DNA of 64,000 bases from a virus. The position numbers and the translations under genes were made by a program. Numbering within the stretch: position 1 is the first letter of the stretch; every line of letters starts with the position of its first letter. Below the pieces are notes generated by a model. That model saw only the letters and a program-made list of their open reading frames with translations. It had not been told where the DNA came from and made no database searches. The stretch is taken from the IMG/VR virus record IMGVR_UViG_3300021964_000013, one strand, 5' to 3'. This document shows positions 45,801 through 55,416 of the stretch, in pieces.

Positions 45801-47364
45801 CTTTGACTAGAGACGCAGCGTTTTGCCTAGCGCCTTGTTTCAGAACGCTCATACCTAAAGACTTACCTAAGACAGATGATGCACCAACGTACTCAGCAGC
45901 ACCACTAACGAAACCAACGCCCATAGCACTATTAAATATTTCGTTATTCATATCCTCTTCAACAACCCTCATTAATTGGTCAATGCTAGGCTGGAGTGTA
46001 TTGTATTTTACTTTAGCTTGTTTTTGTACTTGTCTTAAGTAGTTATCACCGGCCATTTGAGCTGCTGGTAATGTACCGAAGGTTAATATTGCAGACAACA
46101 TCTGTGGAAGCTGTTCAGAGACAATTGTTTTAAGCGTCTGTAAGGACTTACCAGACTCTAATACATCTCTTACATCAGCGTGGCCAAAATGAGACTCTAG
46201 AGCTTGTCTTTCGAATATTAGTTCTAGGTCTTGCTTTTGGTTTTCGCGGCCATCTTCAATGATTTTTTTAGCTTGCTCTTGAGCTTCACCCCAAGTGCCT
46301 TTTTTAGTATAGCCTGATGCTGCCGGGTGGAAACCATCTTGTTTTGGCACCATGAAAGCACCTTTGTTGTTAAAGTAACCTACAGTGTTGTCATCCCAGC
46401 CTTGCTCTTCGGCTAACTTCTGGTTTACCTGGTACTGTCTTTCTACTTGTAAGTAATCAGCTGTGCCTAAACCACCGGCCTTGACAGAAGTACCCATACC
46501 ATGTATGCTTTTATACACACCTCTAAAAAGTGTTGGCATGTTTTGGTAACCTAGCTTCATAGCGCCTCTGATATGCGCTTTATTTACTAAATCAATAATA
46601 GTATTGTCAACTACATAGTTGTCGTAATCAGCTTTATGGCTATCACCAATAAGCTCTTGGTATGTAGATATACGTTTCTGTATGTCTGGATCAGCAAAAA
46701 TCGTCTGATTTATAAGCTTAGAGTATTCTCTTTGCGCTTTTTCAAGCTCTTCTTGAGAAATGTCCTCTATCTCCATGTCTTTAAACGGAGCCATTATGCT
46801 TGAAAGACCCTCTTGAAGATCAGTCTGCTTGTTATCTAACGTTTGAGATATCATGCCTTGTAACTTCTCATCCTTCGTTACAACAGCATTAAGCGTCTCG
46901 TTGTTAAAGTCGTCTATTATAACTTCGTCACCGTAGGGCAAAACAGGACCATAAGGTGTGTTTTTTAATTTACGAGAAGCTTTTCTACCCTTAAACTCTT
47001 CTTGAGTTCGCCTCTTCATATCTTGATAATCAGAGTCGTCGGGTATGAGTATAGGTTTTCTAGAAACACCCATATACTTTTCTTCTTCTTGCGGTACTTT
47101 GCCTAAAGTAGAAGGGTCGAATATAGGGTTACCAAATTCATCAGTCTCTTGTGATTCCGAAGAACCAGCTTCCGAAGACAAATCCGTAGCGGGCTTTTGA
47201 TTTGGGCTTTCTGTGGTCTCGCCCTCTACCACGCCCTGTTGCTTTCCCTCGTCTAAAGGTTTTAAACCAGCGTTAGCAACGTAGTCTTCAATAGATAAAC
47301 CGCTTTCATCAGCGGCTTTTTGAACCTCTTCAAGAGAATACTGTTGTCCTTCGTATTCAAACAT
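39805..47364 (-). CDS. Giant internal virion/ejection polyprotein (2519 aa)
   Basis: Position after the tail and ejection genes; HEVLH zincin motif; sigma region-2-like segment; C-terminal RS repeat. Confidence 0.75.
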   Translation of the reverse strand: MFEYEGQQYSLEEVQKAADESGLSIEDYVANAGLKPLDEGKQQGVVEGETTESPNQKPATDLSSEAGSSESQETDEFGNPIFDPSTLGKVPQEEEKYMGVSRKPILIPDDSDYQDMKRRTQEEFKGRKASRKLKNTPYGPVLPYGDEVIIDDFNNETLNAVVTKDEKLQGMISQTLDNKQTDLQEGLSSIMAPFKDMEIEDISQEELEKAQREYSKLINQTIFADPDIQKRISTYQELIGDSHKADYDNYVVDNTIIDLVNKAHIRGAMKLGYQNMPTLFRGVYKSIHGMGTSVKAGGLGTADYLQVERQYQVNQKLAEEQGWDDNTVGYFNNKGAFMVPKQDGFHPAASGYTKKGTWGEAQEQAKKIIEDGRENQKQDLELIFERQALESHFGHADVRDVLESGKSLQTLKTIVSEQLPQMLSAILTFGTLPAAQMAGDNYLRQVQKQAKVKYNTLQPSIDQLMRVVEEDMNNEIFNSAMGVGFVSGAAEYVGASSVLGKSLGMSVLKQGARQNAASLVKGQFKHWLKQQSKNGLTSVRGGFDEMMTEVFQQAASDVTVGEYIRENYIQGGGAGFIMGSLLPFSGNVTSSTITEASNAYAVAAGKLDIKGLREFHQHNIARLNKDLQDGVITKEAYEEKKQQLDNFMMSSQNFDRSMSSDQKSKLMDAEYNKNDAEKKLSDFQSSEDGKKVKDLESIRKQQIDVLNTQLKEGSITEEQHAAEIKNIDLNHNKSDLVKKSNTLKSQVVDANFELVSMEEFNANLNNAVKAFADLEIVGDNVVVAENTRQYAVEVLKDRGINNPTKEELDYVEGELKRKPGVFTTKGKIIVNAQGSIASGNVTTGSHEVLHAVLHNTFTALKDGKSKINTDALKQTVGALNNYLLELEDSGKIKDLDNWRSRMRVYQTYTLLGKKYTAEELFKKANKNIEQFNKLASMSDVTFDPRNLEEFITVLSDSLLTGRVTYDQSFFEKIGDFIRRIMQDLGLKNIEFNTGKDVFNFVRDYNNSIVKGKSTKAQRQFAEYGGKGVLLQVDKNSKGWLAAEDMDSANEFEDKKRGPTKAQQEMSAEVQRLWDEQGVAAVYEIGEMYRPMFRKIAIRGNWDTLPGWQLDKDLIEDAAIQDVEGLVGIVMSYNPDKGVPLAAYINKYFALRAASIKNKYLGETFNTNVDDLAGGGPSVSDEQSIEEAIDKPASLGEFSRIRRKLGLEPQEMNKIRGVVTRTLSLSPDLMSTKKWKPSLFRSYLFEAYKGLIYKTMLEKFPTRSAKFIEWASKNQGWIQEELSLNTLRKFPALNGVLYEFQKDAKGNVIRYTAEESRMLGIRDAYSGVNKVQRRYPTKEEWLNYLDPTRVGRSRNMPHEHKRVLAEAMSIDLGLDATLEVMQNPNQQFYDLEGNPVEGRVIDMYERMIEKNADVVEENQVIGRVAYLIERDPLMKFSANALDAGMGGLRMAELIMQNPDPLLKAFKDGIAPYKLMPNMMRDKQLGQLRIALTNNLVNTFAKEYPWLNEASAVVLSRQLALDFANIARNIDTVRLRTHKAVEAEFTDSLADNLFNIAQNTVLNEGHKSLLNVSENTISNEAKVNVLEKVFDNDVLSVLNESVSLDPLTLKNKLKDSFYKVKALYANGNLTREEVAFIFDTVFEAKNPIIGKASRFGVNMVLEKSTPKSLMYSIPTKYLSGYLANVVTNPRKDNSSIDILDDFVTVQVSKAYAKKLLAKQGVVMPHFRNNVEPTFLSRISRVPVGKQGSNNIEIYKENGDAVTIDHSALVSLDYNRSVGRNIQNLIDNLGNFSKDDMSNQDKKSLKDKEQEVKKFLENLKEEIEETGTISQDPEKIAKAEEEERLNRLAADLDAEFNSILEDVTGLNAKTEFSEVASKQLGRDKNKNVFFVPPSHDDYRGLIENYLVGKGDQSQKHISFFEEYLLEPYYEGVNNYSAERVRMIRQYRDIKKTFKPLFKQLKADAFPGMSVENAIRIYIWSRKGYDISGISENEIKQAQAFVVKDGMAREAAIEIMKITDLHGHVEPGKNWNSGGIIGDIIDSLKKNSRKKYLEEWNRNVDFIFNEKNKNKMRAAFGEDYIKSLDNIITRMKTGRNRLETGDSQFTNNIMNWLNGSVGVVMFANTRSAVLQLISFTNYIEAAGPNNVLKAGTAYANQKQFWSDVMTLVNSNYMRERREGLKIDINEAELVDATKNATNKFKAAVGWLLSKGFMPTQIADSLAIVMGGAPYYRNYVNEYLKQGLTQEEAEARAFIDFRNKTEESQQSSRPDRISAQQASLGGRLLLTFANTQSQYDRIIKKELSNLKNKRGSAAVSMSRIAYYGMAQHALFVSLQSALLGTLIGFSDDDEERLVKSDEFKLVNGMLDSFLRGAGIRGHIMSVIKNVGVEFVERSGRPNPDFEMLAFEAANIAPSIGSKLNKIKSVGYYLQKSKENLGTLEMLSDTNFLKAMAVGTSVASNVPLDRLMQKYENILNSVDLEGEFKTYEQILMFLGWPDYQIGVDTKETKSRTRSRSRSRSRSRKR

Positions 47365-47380
47365 TGTAATTAGTTTTTAT

Positions 47381-48820
47381 TTATTGTACAGGACCCAGAC
47401 TACCAGGTGTGGATTGCGGACCTACGTTTATTACAGGTAAAACCGGTTTGTTCTTTTCAACATTCATTATAGCAGCGTCAGTTGTGGCATCGTTACCAAA
47501 CTTACTCTGTATAATAGCTGATGTTAGATCTTTTTGAGTAGACTCATCGTATGGGTCTACAACATAGTAGTCCTTATCGGTTATAATTAACATGTCACCA
47601 GGAGAGTACTCTGACTCTAGAAAATCATTTATATCACTTTTAGAGTAACCTATCTTAGATAATGCATCTACAGCTGAAGCTCCACCGCCGCCGCCTATAT
47701 AAGTAGCATTTAAAACGGTTTCATTAACGTATTTAGCACCTATCAAAGGTTTAGTATCGCCATCCATTATCTTACCCATGTACTCTCTACCTAAATCAGA
47801 GCGATCTTTAGCGTCTACTTGCCTAAGCTCTGCGGCTGTCATATTAGAAGCCGTTGTTAATCCAGCTGCTTTTTGCTTTTCAGCTAAACTTATTGATCGG
47901 CTTATTGACCTAGAGTCTGCTCTATTTTCTTTAGATATTACCGCTTGGTAACCAGACTGTGCTGATTCTCTCAACACATTCATATAGCTATTAATAACAA
48001 ACTGTTCTAGTTCTTCTTGTCTTTCTGGGTTTTCAAGTAAGTCAATATCTTGAACACCAAGTCCACCAGGTATAATATGGTCGTCAGTAGCCATAGATAA
48101 AACAGCATCTCTTCCTCCTTTTTTAATTTGTTGTTGAAGCTGCATTCTAACCATCTGCTCTCTACCTTTATCCATAGGAGCACCTGACTGGTACAATTGA
48201 TCACTTAAGTTTAGTATCTTGGTAGCTGTCTCGTGGTCTTTGTAATGGTACTTTGGCACATCATCTAGTGTAGCACCTTCACCATATACTAACCTACCTG
48301 TTTCACCAATACCAAAAGGCACTTGATCTGTAGTTATGTTAGCTATAAAGTCGATGTCTTCTGGCTTGTTACCATTAGATATCATACCATTATCAAAGTC
48401 CTCTATAGCTTGGTACTTTAACTCTTTTAATCTTTCAAAATCAGCATTAAGATTAGAAAAAGACTGAGTTATAGAGTTCATTTTATCAACAGCCTCCATG
48501 TATATAGGAGAATCTGGGCTATTGCCAGAAGCTAGCTTTGCGTTTTCAAAGAATTCATTGCGTGCGTTGATCAACCACTTGTTCACGTCACCACGCATAG
48601 ACTGAGGCACCTTTTCGATATCCACGTTAGCGGGCATGTTATCGATGTAAGACCCCATTTTAGCTTCAGCCTGTTTCTTAAGCTGCCTACGGTAGTTCAT
48701 TTCAACATCAGCTTCTTGGCTAGCTTGCATTACTGCAGCTGCGCCAGAACCCTGTGTTGGTTGACCTACATAACTTCTAGCTGCGTATCCAGCTCCTTTT
48801 ATTAAATTCGCGTCTGCCAT
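47381..48820 (-). CDS. Putative internal virion protein
   Basis: Synteny and helical composition. Confidence 0.55.
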   Translation of the reverse strand: MADANLIKGAGYAARSYVGQPTQGSGAAAVMQASQEADVEMNYRRQLKKQAEAKMGSYIDNMPANVDIEKVPQSMRGDVNKWLINARNEFFENAKLASGNSPDSPIYMEAVDKMNSITQSFSNLNADFERLKELKYQAIEDFDNGMISNGNKPEDIDFIANITTDQVPFGIGETGRLVYGEGATLDDVPKYHYKDHETATKILNLSDQLYQSGAPMDKGREQMVRMQLQQQIKKGGRDAVLSMATDDHIIPGGLGVQDIDLLENPERQEELEQFVINSYMNVLRESAQSGYQAVISKENRADSRSISRSISLAEKQKAAGLTTASNMTAAELRQVDAKDRSDLGREYMGKIMDGDTKPLIGAKYVNETVLNATYIGGGGGASAVDALSKIGYSKSDINDFLESEYSPGDMLIITDKDYYVVDPYDESTQKDLTSAIIQSKFGNDATTDAAIMNVEKNKPVLPVINVGPQSTPGSLGPVQ

Positions 48821-48829
48821 TTCTAAAAA

Positions 48830-49483
48830 TTATTGGTCAATACCAAATATAGAGTTAGTTAAAGGTCCTCTACCATCTGTTTTAGTAACGTAATCACGGT
48901 AAGCCCCAATACCAGCGCTTCCCAGTTGTCCTAGACCTTGGAAAACTTGGTTTGTAGCTTGATCTCTAGCTGCTCTAGATTCACCAAGTGCTTGCTGCGC
49001 CATACCGAGCTCTGTACCAGCTTGCTCTCTCTGCATTTGCTGAGACAAGTAGTCGCCTTTACGCTCCATGCTCTGTATACTCATAGCACCTTGAGCGGCA
49101 GCTTGTTGGTTAGCGGCCTCTTGGTTACCAATACGAGCGCCAGCTTGTAAAGCATTTTGGGACTGTTGGTTAGCCATAGCTTGAGCTAGTGAAGCAATAC
49201 CGCTACCACCAGCCGCACCTGAAAGTTGGTTCATAGTGTTAGCCATGCCCTGCTGTTGCTGCTGAGCGATGAAATCAGCTTCTTGCTGATTAACAGTGAG
49301 ATCCTCCATGGGGTTCTCCATGTTCGCGTACGGATTTGTAGTATCAAGGTTTTGATAGTTAGCCATCGTGCGGTTGAAATCAGACTGAGCTTGTTTCATC
49401 TCTGATCTTCTTCTTTTTCTACCGTACAGTGTCTGACCTATGTTTAATAACCCAGCCGCCGCTAAATATGCTGGTATTGCCAT
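48830..49483 (-). CDS. Putative ejection/pilot protein
   Basis: Gln/Ala/Gly-rich helical protein with a hydrophobic N-terminus, typical of podovirus ejection proteins. Confidence 0.6.
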   Translation of the reverse strand: MAIPAYLAAAGLLNIGQTLYGRKRRRSEMKQAQSDFNRTMANYQNLDTTNPYANMENPMEDLTVNQQEADFIAQQQQQGMANTMNQLSGAAGGSGIASLAQAMANQQSQNALQAGARIGNQEAANQQAAAQGAMSIQSMERKGDYLSQQMQREQAGTELGMAQQALGESRAARDQATNQVFQGLGQLGSAGIGAYRDYVTKTDGRGPLTNSIFGIDQ

Positions 49484-49515
49484 AACTTATTTTCTTAAAT
49501 TATTATTACATGTAG

Positions 49516-52500
49516 TTAGCTACTGACAAATATTTCAGAGTTAACTGCGAATAGTTCTTTATTAGTTCCCGTTGTGTTAGTCATTTTAACCGATGCGTAG
49601 TAGCCAACTAATCCAGAAGTGTTGATCTGACTGTTTTTAGCAAAGAACACGAAATCACCATCTTCTATGCTAGTACCACCATTATCATAGTCTATACCTT
49701 CCGTGTTGTTCACGTCTACATAGTACTGTCCACCTGTAGCTCCAGTATCAGCACACGTACCTATCTTGTAAATATTACCATTTGATTTCTGGTAAAAAAC
49801 AATATCATCAGCCGCTTCTTGTAAAGATACATTTATCTCGTTATTAAATATTAGCCTCATTGTAGGTGTAACTGTACCTACTATATCTAAGGTATCTATA
49901 CCTTGAACTGAAAACTCACTTGTATCTAAAGAACCAGACTGGGTGTTGTTGTCCCAAGCATCTTGTCTACCTCTAATATAATTATAATATATTCCCTCTT
50001 TGTTTTTCCAAGTAACTACTTCACCGTCTTGCTGATCAGTATCTACAGTAGCCGTCCAGCCAGAATCACCCTCGTAAGAAAGCGTCTTAAAGTTCTTGAT
50101 TCTAGAAGCCTCATCGTTATGTAGTAGAGTTACTGATGTGTCGTACTGAATACCGTAGTAGTTAGCTCTAGTATTGTTAGTGTGAGCGTATATATTACCG
50201 TTTTTAAAAGTATAGTACACTGAGTTAAGCGAAACACCTGTCTCAGGTACAAAGCTTAATCTAGTCGACCAACCATCTACGCTTTCTTTAAAAGCTAATG
50301 TCTCGCCGTTAACAGTTACATTGTAAGACGACATGTCTTCGTTAAAAGAACCGTGTATCGCGCCAGAGTGTGCTGTTAGAGCGTCTGTAATAAAGTCTGA
50401 CATACCTTTAGATGCTACATCAGTGATACCGTCTCTAGACAGTCTTATAACAGCTCTTCTAGATTTGTCTACGAAGTATGCTCTAAAACCAAAGCTTACA
50501 AAAGACTCTGGATTCTTAGATATACCATACTCACCAACATAAGGAGTCGATTGACCCAATACCCTATTTGTAGATACAAGGTTAGCATTACCATCCGCAT
50601 TGTAAAGCGCATCTTTATTAGCGAGTACTCTAAATACTTTATCCTCACAAAGAACAATAAGATCAGTGTCTCTAGCGTGAAGTTTTTGTATTGTACCATA
50701 TATTGGGTTGAGGTCTTTTGTTATTTTCTCCGCGGTGTTAAACTGGTTAAGGTTGTTCACTCCAGATGTGGAGTTGAATATACCACTGTAAATCATACCG
50801 TGGCCTCTTCTCTCTTGAGAGTAAACCTCTTCAATGGTACTAGAAGCTTTAACACCTTTACCCATTGTCTTGGCGTTGAAGTCGTCTCTAATTCTATTAG
50901 ATTCAACACCGTTGCCAAAAGAGTACACATTGAAGTAATCTAACACTTGCTCTGTTTGCAACTGAGCGATTGGTATTGCTTCTGTAGCTTCGAAGAATAT
51001 ATCTAGATCAATAGCCTCGTTTGGTTCAACTTCAAAAACAGTAGGGTTAGGAGAACTAAGTGTAATAGTGTTCTCATCAAAAACTATAGGTAATAACCTT
51101 TTTCTTTTAGATATCCTTACAGCATCAGCTGTAAAGTCCTCATCAGTAAAAGGTGTAGTCATTTTTATGTTCCAGTAGTAACCTGTTTCATCGTCAGTGT
51201 CTCCAGAAGACAATGGTTGCCTGTCGTAACTACCTTTTGTAACAGTGTCTACAATATATAGTGAGCTCCAAGAGTTATCAGTGCTATTTTGGAACTGAAT
51301 CACATCACCACTGCTAATAGCCGCATCGAATGCATTACCGTTAGTGCCAAAGTCTATATTATTGCTGTCGTATGGTGCAAAGTAGAAACCAAACAAGTCA
51401 GAACCAATTGTTGGCTGACCATGTGAGTCGATGCTTGGTTGAGCGTTAGCGTGTTCTTCCCAAGCAAACATATCTAGAGTAGCAGGTGGCGTGTCGGTAG
51501 CGTCTGGATCATCAGACAGTGTGTTCTGTATATAAGGAACTCTCTTTAAACCGTCTTGCTCATAATCACTAGGGTCATTTGTAAAGTTGTATATAACACT
51601 TTCTTCAAATAGAACATCTCTGTTGATCTTAACAAAGAATCTTCCCTGGTATTCTTTTCTAGCTTCTTTTTCTTTTTTGTATACCTCTACAGTGAAATTA
51701 TCAGAGCTAGAAAGACTTTGTATAAAACCAACATCAGTTAGTTTTTCTTTTGTTGTTATCTCGTAGCAATCATGTGAATCACCAGTATAACCACCTCTTT
51801 CTATCTCGTAAAACTGGCTAACATTGGTACCTCTTCTAAATCTTATGTAAGAATCGTAATCAAAGGACTCAAAGAACTCTGGATTTTCAGCTGATGTTGG
51901 TCCTTCAAACTTGAACGTCTTTAAGTTGTTAGCGACTGGAGTATCAGAACCTTTAACCACTTCTGAGCCCGTGTTGTAGACTCTTTTTATAGAAACAGCA
52001 TCTGGTACTTCATTCTGTATATCTAAGATCTTGTATCTAGAAGGCGATATAACAGGCTCATCTGAGTTGTGTTTTTTCTTAAGTGTAAGGAAGTCTCCCT
52101 CCTGCACTTTATTACGCTCAGCACTTGGCATAGACAACCAAACAGTACCGTCTGAATCATCAGCATAGTACCTATCAAGTACGATGTTGTAGTATTCATT
52201 AGATATGTCCTTAACGTAGTATTTAAAATGCGTTGCCCAAGAAGGAGCGTCTTGACCAGACTCAGCTTTTATTCTATTAACCTTGCTTGATTTGTCTATG
52301 TCTACTTTTATAGTAGAGTAGTCATTCGTAAAAACAGGTGTTTCTCTACCGTTAGTATCTAAATAAACAATACCTATTTGGTAGTTTCTCAAAGATTTTA
52401 CACTTGACTCAGGTGTTTTAACACTTGTTATAGAGTTAGACTGTAAGCTAACTGTAATATCAGCTTCATCAGTGATGTTGTAACCCTGAACGTAGTTACC

Positions 52501-53796
52501 ATACACAAGCCTATTACCTATAACCTCTTGAGATTTAGCTTTTAACGGAACGTTGTCATATGCTCTTAGTAACTGGCTAGATTCCACTAGGTTACTAATC
52601 AGCTCTGATGTTATAGAGTAATTTGTTCTTGTAGTAGGTATAGACTCAACCTTGTACACGTTGGGTGATGAAGAGTCTTTATATAAAATATCTATATACT
52701 CTACGTCGGCTGGTGGTGTTTCAAACCCGCTTATGGTCAATCGCCTTAGGTTGTTTATCATGCCGGTATTATACGCGTTCATAGATATATACCTAAAATC
52801 ACCGGGTACAAAAACAGCATTAGTCCAAGGTGAAAAACCAGAGACTTCGCCATCAACATATCTCCATCTGTAAGCAAATCTAGGAAAAGACAATTCAAAC
52901 ATTGGTCTTTCTTCTTCAAGAATACACTTCCATGTGTACTCTATAGATTTTATATCAGACGATATAGACTGTATAGTACCAGTAACAAACCTTAGTAAAG
53001 CACCAGTTATAGAAACAACTTCTATTCTAACCTGGTACTCATCTTCGTAGTTGTTATCGTTTATCTCACTAGCTGTCAGTACGATGATATCACCAGCGTT
53101 CCAGTTAGGAGAATCACTTACAGTAAAAGATATAGAGCTACCTACTTCTCTAGGCACTTTGCTGCCGCCATAAAGCTCTGTAAAGTCTTGTTGAGTGGTT
53201 ACGTAGTTCAAGCCAGAACCAACACCAGATCTAGTAGTTGAAGAAGCCACATAGTGTGGCCTTTCGTTTGGTTTTTTCTTTATAACAGTAATATCTGAAG
53301 CTATAAAGTCTCTACCATATACAGTCGTTTGGTCTTGACCAGTTTGGTTTGTACCGGACTTAAATCTTGATATTAGTATTTTTCTAGGCTCATTAAGATC
53401 ATCTGTCCACATGAGCATACCATCGAACACGTTTACGCCAGTGATTAAGTTGCCGATGCTGAAGTTTAATACACTGTTGTAATCCACTATAACAAAAGAT
53501 ACAACCTCGTTTGACTCATTGTACTCTAAAACAAAGTCACCTTCGTCTGCGGTTACAAACCAATATATCTTATTATTCTGTGTGTCTTTTACATTACCAA
53601 TGCAGGTAGCGTTTGTAAAGTTAAACGAAGACTTAGCTGTGTTGCCAAGTACACTTTCTATTGCTCCTACATCAGAACCCTCAGAGTTACTAACCTGTAC
53701 GTTCAGTGCATCTCTGTACTGACCGTTAGGCACAAGCCTCTCATCAAGGTCTTTATTCATTTTACCTGATGTGAAAACGCGCTTTAATTCTGGCAT
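49516..53796 (-). CDS. Tail nozzle/stabilisation protein
   Basis: N-terminal 'GKMNKDLDERL.PNGQYRDALN', beta-rich sequence, 'YGISKNPES'. Confidence 0.75.
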   Translation of the reverse strand: MPELKRVFTSGKMNKDLDERLVPNGQYRDALNVQVSNSEGSDVGAIESVLGNTAKSSFNFTNATCIGNVKDTQNNKIYWFVTADEGDFVLEYNESNEVVSFVIVDYNSVLNFSIGNLITGVNVFDGMLMWTDDLNEPRKILISRFKSGTNQTGQDQTTVYGRDFIASDITVIKKKPNERPHYVASSTTRSGVGSGLNYVTTQQDFTELYGGSKVPREVGSSISFTVSDSPNWNAGDIIVLTASEINDNNYEDEYQVRIEVVSITGALLRFVTGTIQSISSDIKSIEYTWKCILEEERPMFELSFPRFAYRWRYVDGEVSGFSPWTNAVFVPGDFRYISMNAYNTGMINNLRRLTISGFETPPADVEYIDILYKDSSSPNVYKVESIPTTRTNYSITSELISNLVESSQLLRAYDNVPLKAKSQEVIGNRLVYGNYVQGYNITDEADITVSLQSNSITSVKTPESSVKSLRNYQIGIVYLDTNGRETPVFTNDYSTIKVDIDKSSKVNRIKAESGQDAPSWATHFKYYVKDISNEYYNIVLDRYYADDSDGTVWLSMPSAERNKVQEGDFLTLKKKHNSDEPVISPSRYKILDIQNEVPDAVSIKRVYNTGSEVVKGSDTPVANNLKTFKFEGPTSAENPEFFESFDYDSYIRFRRGTNVSQFYEIERGGYTGDSHDCYEITTKEKLTDVGFIQSLSSSDNFTVEVYKKEKEARKEYQGRFFVKINRDVLFEESVIYNFTNDPSDYEQDGLKRVPYIQNTLSDDPDATDTPPATLDMFAWEEHANAQPSIDSHGQPTIGSDLFGFYFAPYDSNNIDFGTNGNAFDAAISSGDVIQFQNSTDNSWSSLYIVDTVTKGSYDRQPLSSGDTDDETGYYWNIKMTTPFTDEDFTADAVRISKRKRLLPIVFDENTITLSSPNPTVFEVEPNEAIDLDIFFEATEAIPIAQLQTEQVLDYFNVYSFGNGVESNRIRDDFNAKTMGKGVKASSTIEEVYSQERRGHGMIYSGIFNSTSGVNNLNQFNTAEKITKDLNPIYGTIQKLHARDTDLIVLCEDKVFRVLANKDALYNADGNANLVSTNRVLGQSTPYVGEYGISKNPESFVSFGFRAYFVDKSRRAVIRLSRDGITDVASKGMSDFITDALTAHSGAIHGSFNEDMSSYNVTVNGETLAFKESVDGWSTRLSFVPETGVSLNSVYYTFKNGNIYAHTNNTRANYYGIQYDTSVTLLHNDEASRIKNFKTLSYEGDSGWTATVDTDQQDGEVVTWKNKEGIYYNYIRGRQDAWDNNTQSGSLDTSEFSVQGIDTLDIVGTVTPTMRLIFNNEINVSLQEAADDIVFYQKSNGNIYKIGTCADTGATGGQYYVDVNNTEGIDYDNGGTSIEDGDFVFFAKNSQINTSGLVGYYASVKMTNTTGTNKELFAVNSEIFVSS

Positions 53797-53799
53797 TTT

Positions 53800-54666
53800 C
53801 TAGTGTTTTATTTGTTTAGACTTGCCTCTTAGAGTTTGTGTTAGCTCTTCTAGTTTAATGTTAGACAAACGAAGTTTAGCCTGTCTCTTAGCGGCGAATC
53901 TCTCTCTTTTAAACCTAGCAACGATGTACTCAGGCGTGTTAGCTCTAGTGGCTAGTATAGCGTGAGCAACGTGTTTATACACAGCTTCTTCTACAAACTT
54001 ATGTACCTTCATCTCAGCATCTGTAGCTACAGAATCACTAATATACTTTAACGTGATTGTTTTACCAACCATCTCAGAACCAAAGTGAATCTTGCTTTTG
54101 ATCTCGTCGATGTAGAACGTACCGTTGATCTGTGCGTGTTGAGGATCAATACCAAACCTGCTGCCATACGTAGCGTCGAACTCTGGAGCGTCATCATCAG
54201 CTGTATTGTCTGTCGTAGCTGTTTTAAACTTGCCCCATGTATCTGAATCAGAAGCCAAAAGTAAATTACCGCTACCATCAAAAGTGTAGTCGTAATTAGA
54301 AGCTTGTAAAATAGCGCTAGGGTTAGATGTTTTAGAGGCAGGGTATATAATTCTTTCAATACCAGCATCGTCAACCCAAGTCATCTTAACGTAGTTAACA
54401 TAATCATGAGGCAACACCATAGTTAAAGAAGGTGGTATCTCTATCTCTTGAGCCTTGTGAGACCTTAATGTATCATAGCTCAACTCCTGCAAAGCCCTGT
54501 GAGCGTGAAACGCTACATCAGTTCTTTTAATCTTAGAGATAATTTTATCCTCACCAACGTAAGCAATAATAAAGTTATTGATGAGATCTTGTATGCTTAC
54601 AAACTGATACCCTCCAAAGTCGGACCCAGTGTAGTAATCTTCTTGTGTTCCGTTAAATAATCCCAT
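53800..54666 (-). CDS. Tail ring/adaptor protein
   Basis: 'LPHDYVNYVK' and synteny. Confidence 0.6.
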   Translation of the reverse strand: MGLFNGTQEDYYTGSDFGGYQFVSIQDLINNFIIAYVGEDKIISKIKRTDVAFHAHRALQELSYDTLRSHKAQEIEIPPSLTMVLPHDYVNYVKMTWVDDAGIERIIYPASKTSNPSAILQASNYDYTFDGSGNLLLASDSDTWGKFKTATTDNTADDDAPEFDATYGSRFGIDPQHAQINGTFYIDEIKSKIHFGSEMVGKTITLKYISDSVATDAEMKVHKFVEEAVYKHVAHAILATRANTPEYIVARFKRERFAAKRQAKLRLSNIKLEELTQTLRGKSKQIKH

Positions 54667-54669
54667 CTA

Positions 54670-55362
54670 TTATTGTTTTTCTTCTTGTGTATCCCTAATT
54701 TCTTCTTGAACAGCCAGTTGGTATATACTAAGGTCTCTAACTTCAACCCCGCACAACGCTAGTATGTTAATCACTAGATCAGTTTCTTCAGATGGGTGTA
54801 GTTCAAAGTCTTGTGAACCAGTAGCTTTGTACTGTGCGTTACCTGCTACAGTCTGGTAGTTCCAAATAACTTTAGCTGGTTTTTTAATATAGTTCAAGCT
54901 TACGGTTTTAGTGTTGTCAAACTCATTGTTACCATACACTTTAAAACCACTATTATCTTTTACGTATATAGGTCTAACGTCAGTAGGCTTTGCTAGAGGC
55001 GCTTGAGCTATGTATAAGTATTCATTTTTGTTTACGCGCTCAACTTCTTTGTTGCTATACACAACTGTACCAACCCTGTAAAGATCAGATGGTGGTAAGA
55101 AATAACCCGCGCTGTAAGAGAGTGTAGCGGTTTTTTCAAACTCGCTTATTTTTTCATTTAGATTATCAAGCATGTCTGAGTACTCGGTATCATTACCGTG
55201 CATCCTACCAAACTGATTGATATCATAAAAGTATTGCTCGAACAAGTCGAGCTGTGCTTGATTGGCAAAAAGGTTGAACTCCTCAGGTGTTACATAACCT
55301 CTTTGTTCTTTGTTAAGGATAGCTAGTACCCTTTGATATACAGTATCTACACTTATTGCCAT
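54670..55362 (-). CDS. Tail ring/adaptor protein
   Basis: 'NKEQRGYVTPEEFN..ANQAQ', 'YIKKP' and synteny. Confidence 0.6.
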   Translation of the reverse strand: MAISVDTVYQRVLAILNKEQRGYVTPEEFNLFANQAQLDLFEQYFYDINQFGRMHGNDTEYSDMLDNLNEKISEFEKTATLSYSAGYFLPPSDLYRVGTVVYSNKEVERVNKNEYLYIAQAPLAKPTDVRPIYVKDNSGFKVYGNNEFDNTKTVSLNYIKKPAKVIWNYQTVAGNAQYKATGSQDFELHPSEETDLVINILALCGVEVRDLSIYQLAVQEEIRDTQEEKQ

Positions 55363-55375
55363 TTCTTATTGTTTT

Positions 55376-55413
55376 GTTGAAGGGGTGACCTATATTATAA
55401 ATCACCCCTCAAC
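55376..55413 (-). terminator. Intergenic hairpin
   Basis: GTTGA-AGGGGTGA...TCACCCC-TCAAC. Confidence 0.55.
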
Positions 55414-55416
55414 TAT

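Noticed and set aside
39805-47364. Virion RNA polymerase as in crAss-like or N4 phages
   Set aside because: I could not find a DxDxD or T7-type polymerase motif by eye; a profile search is needed to exclude it fully.
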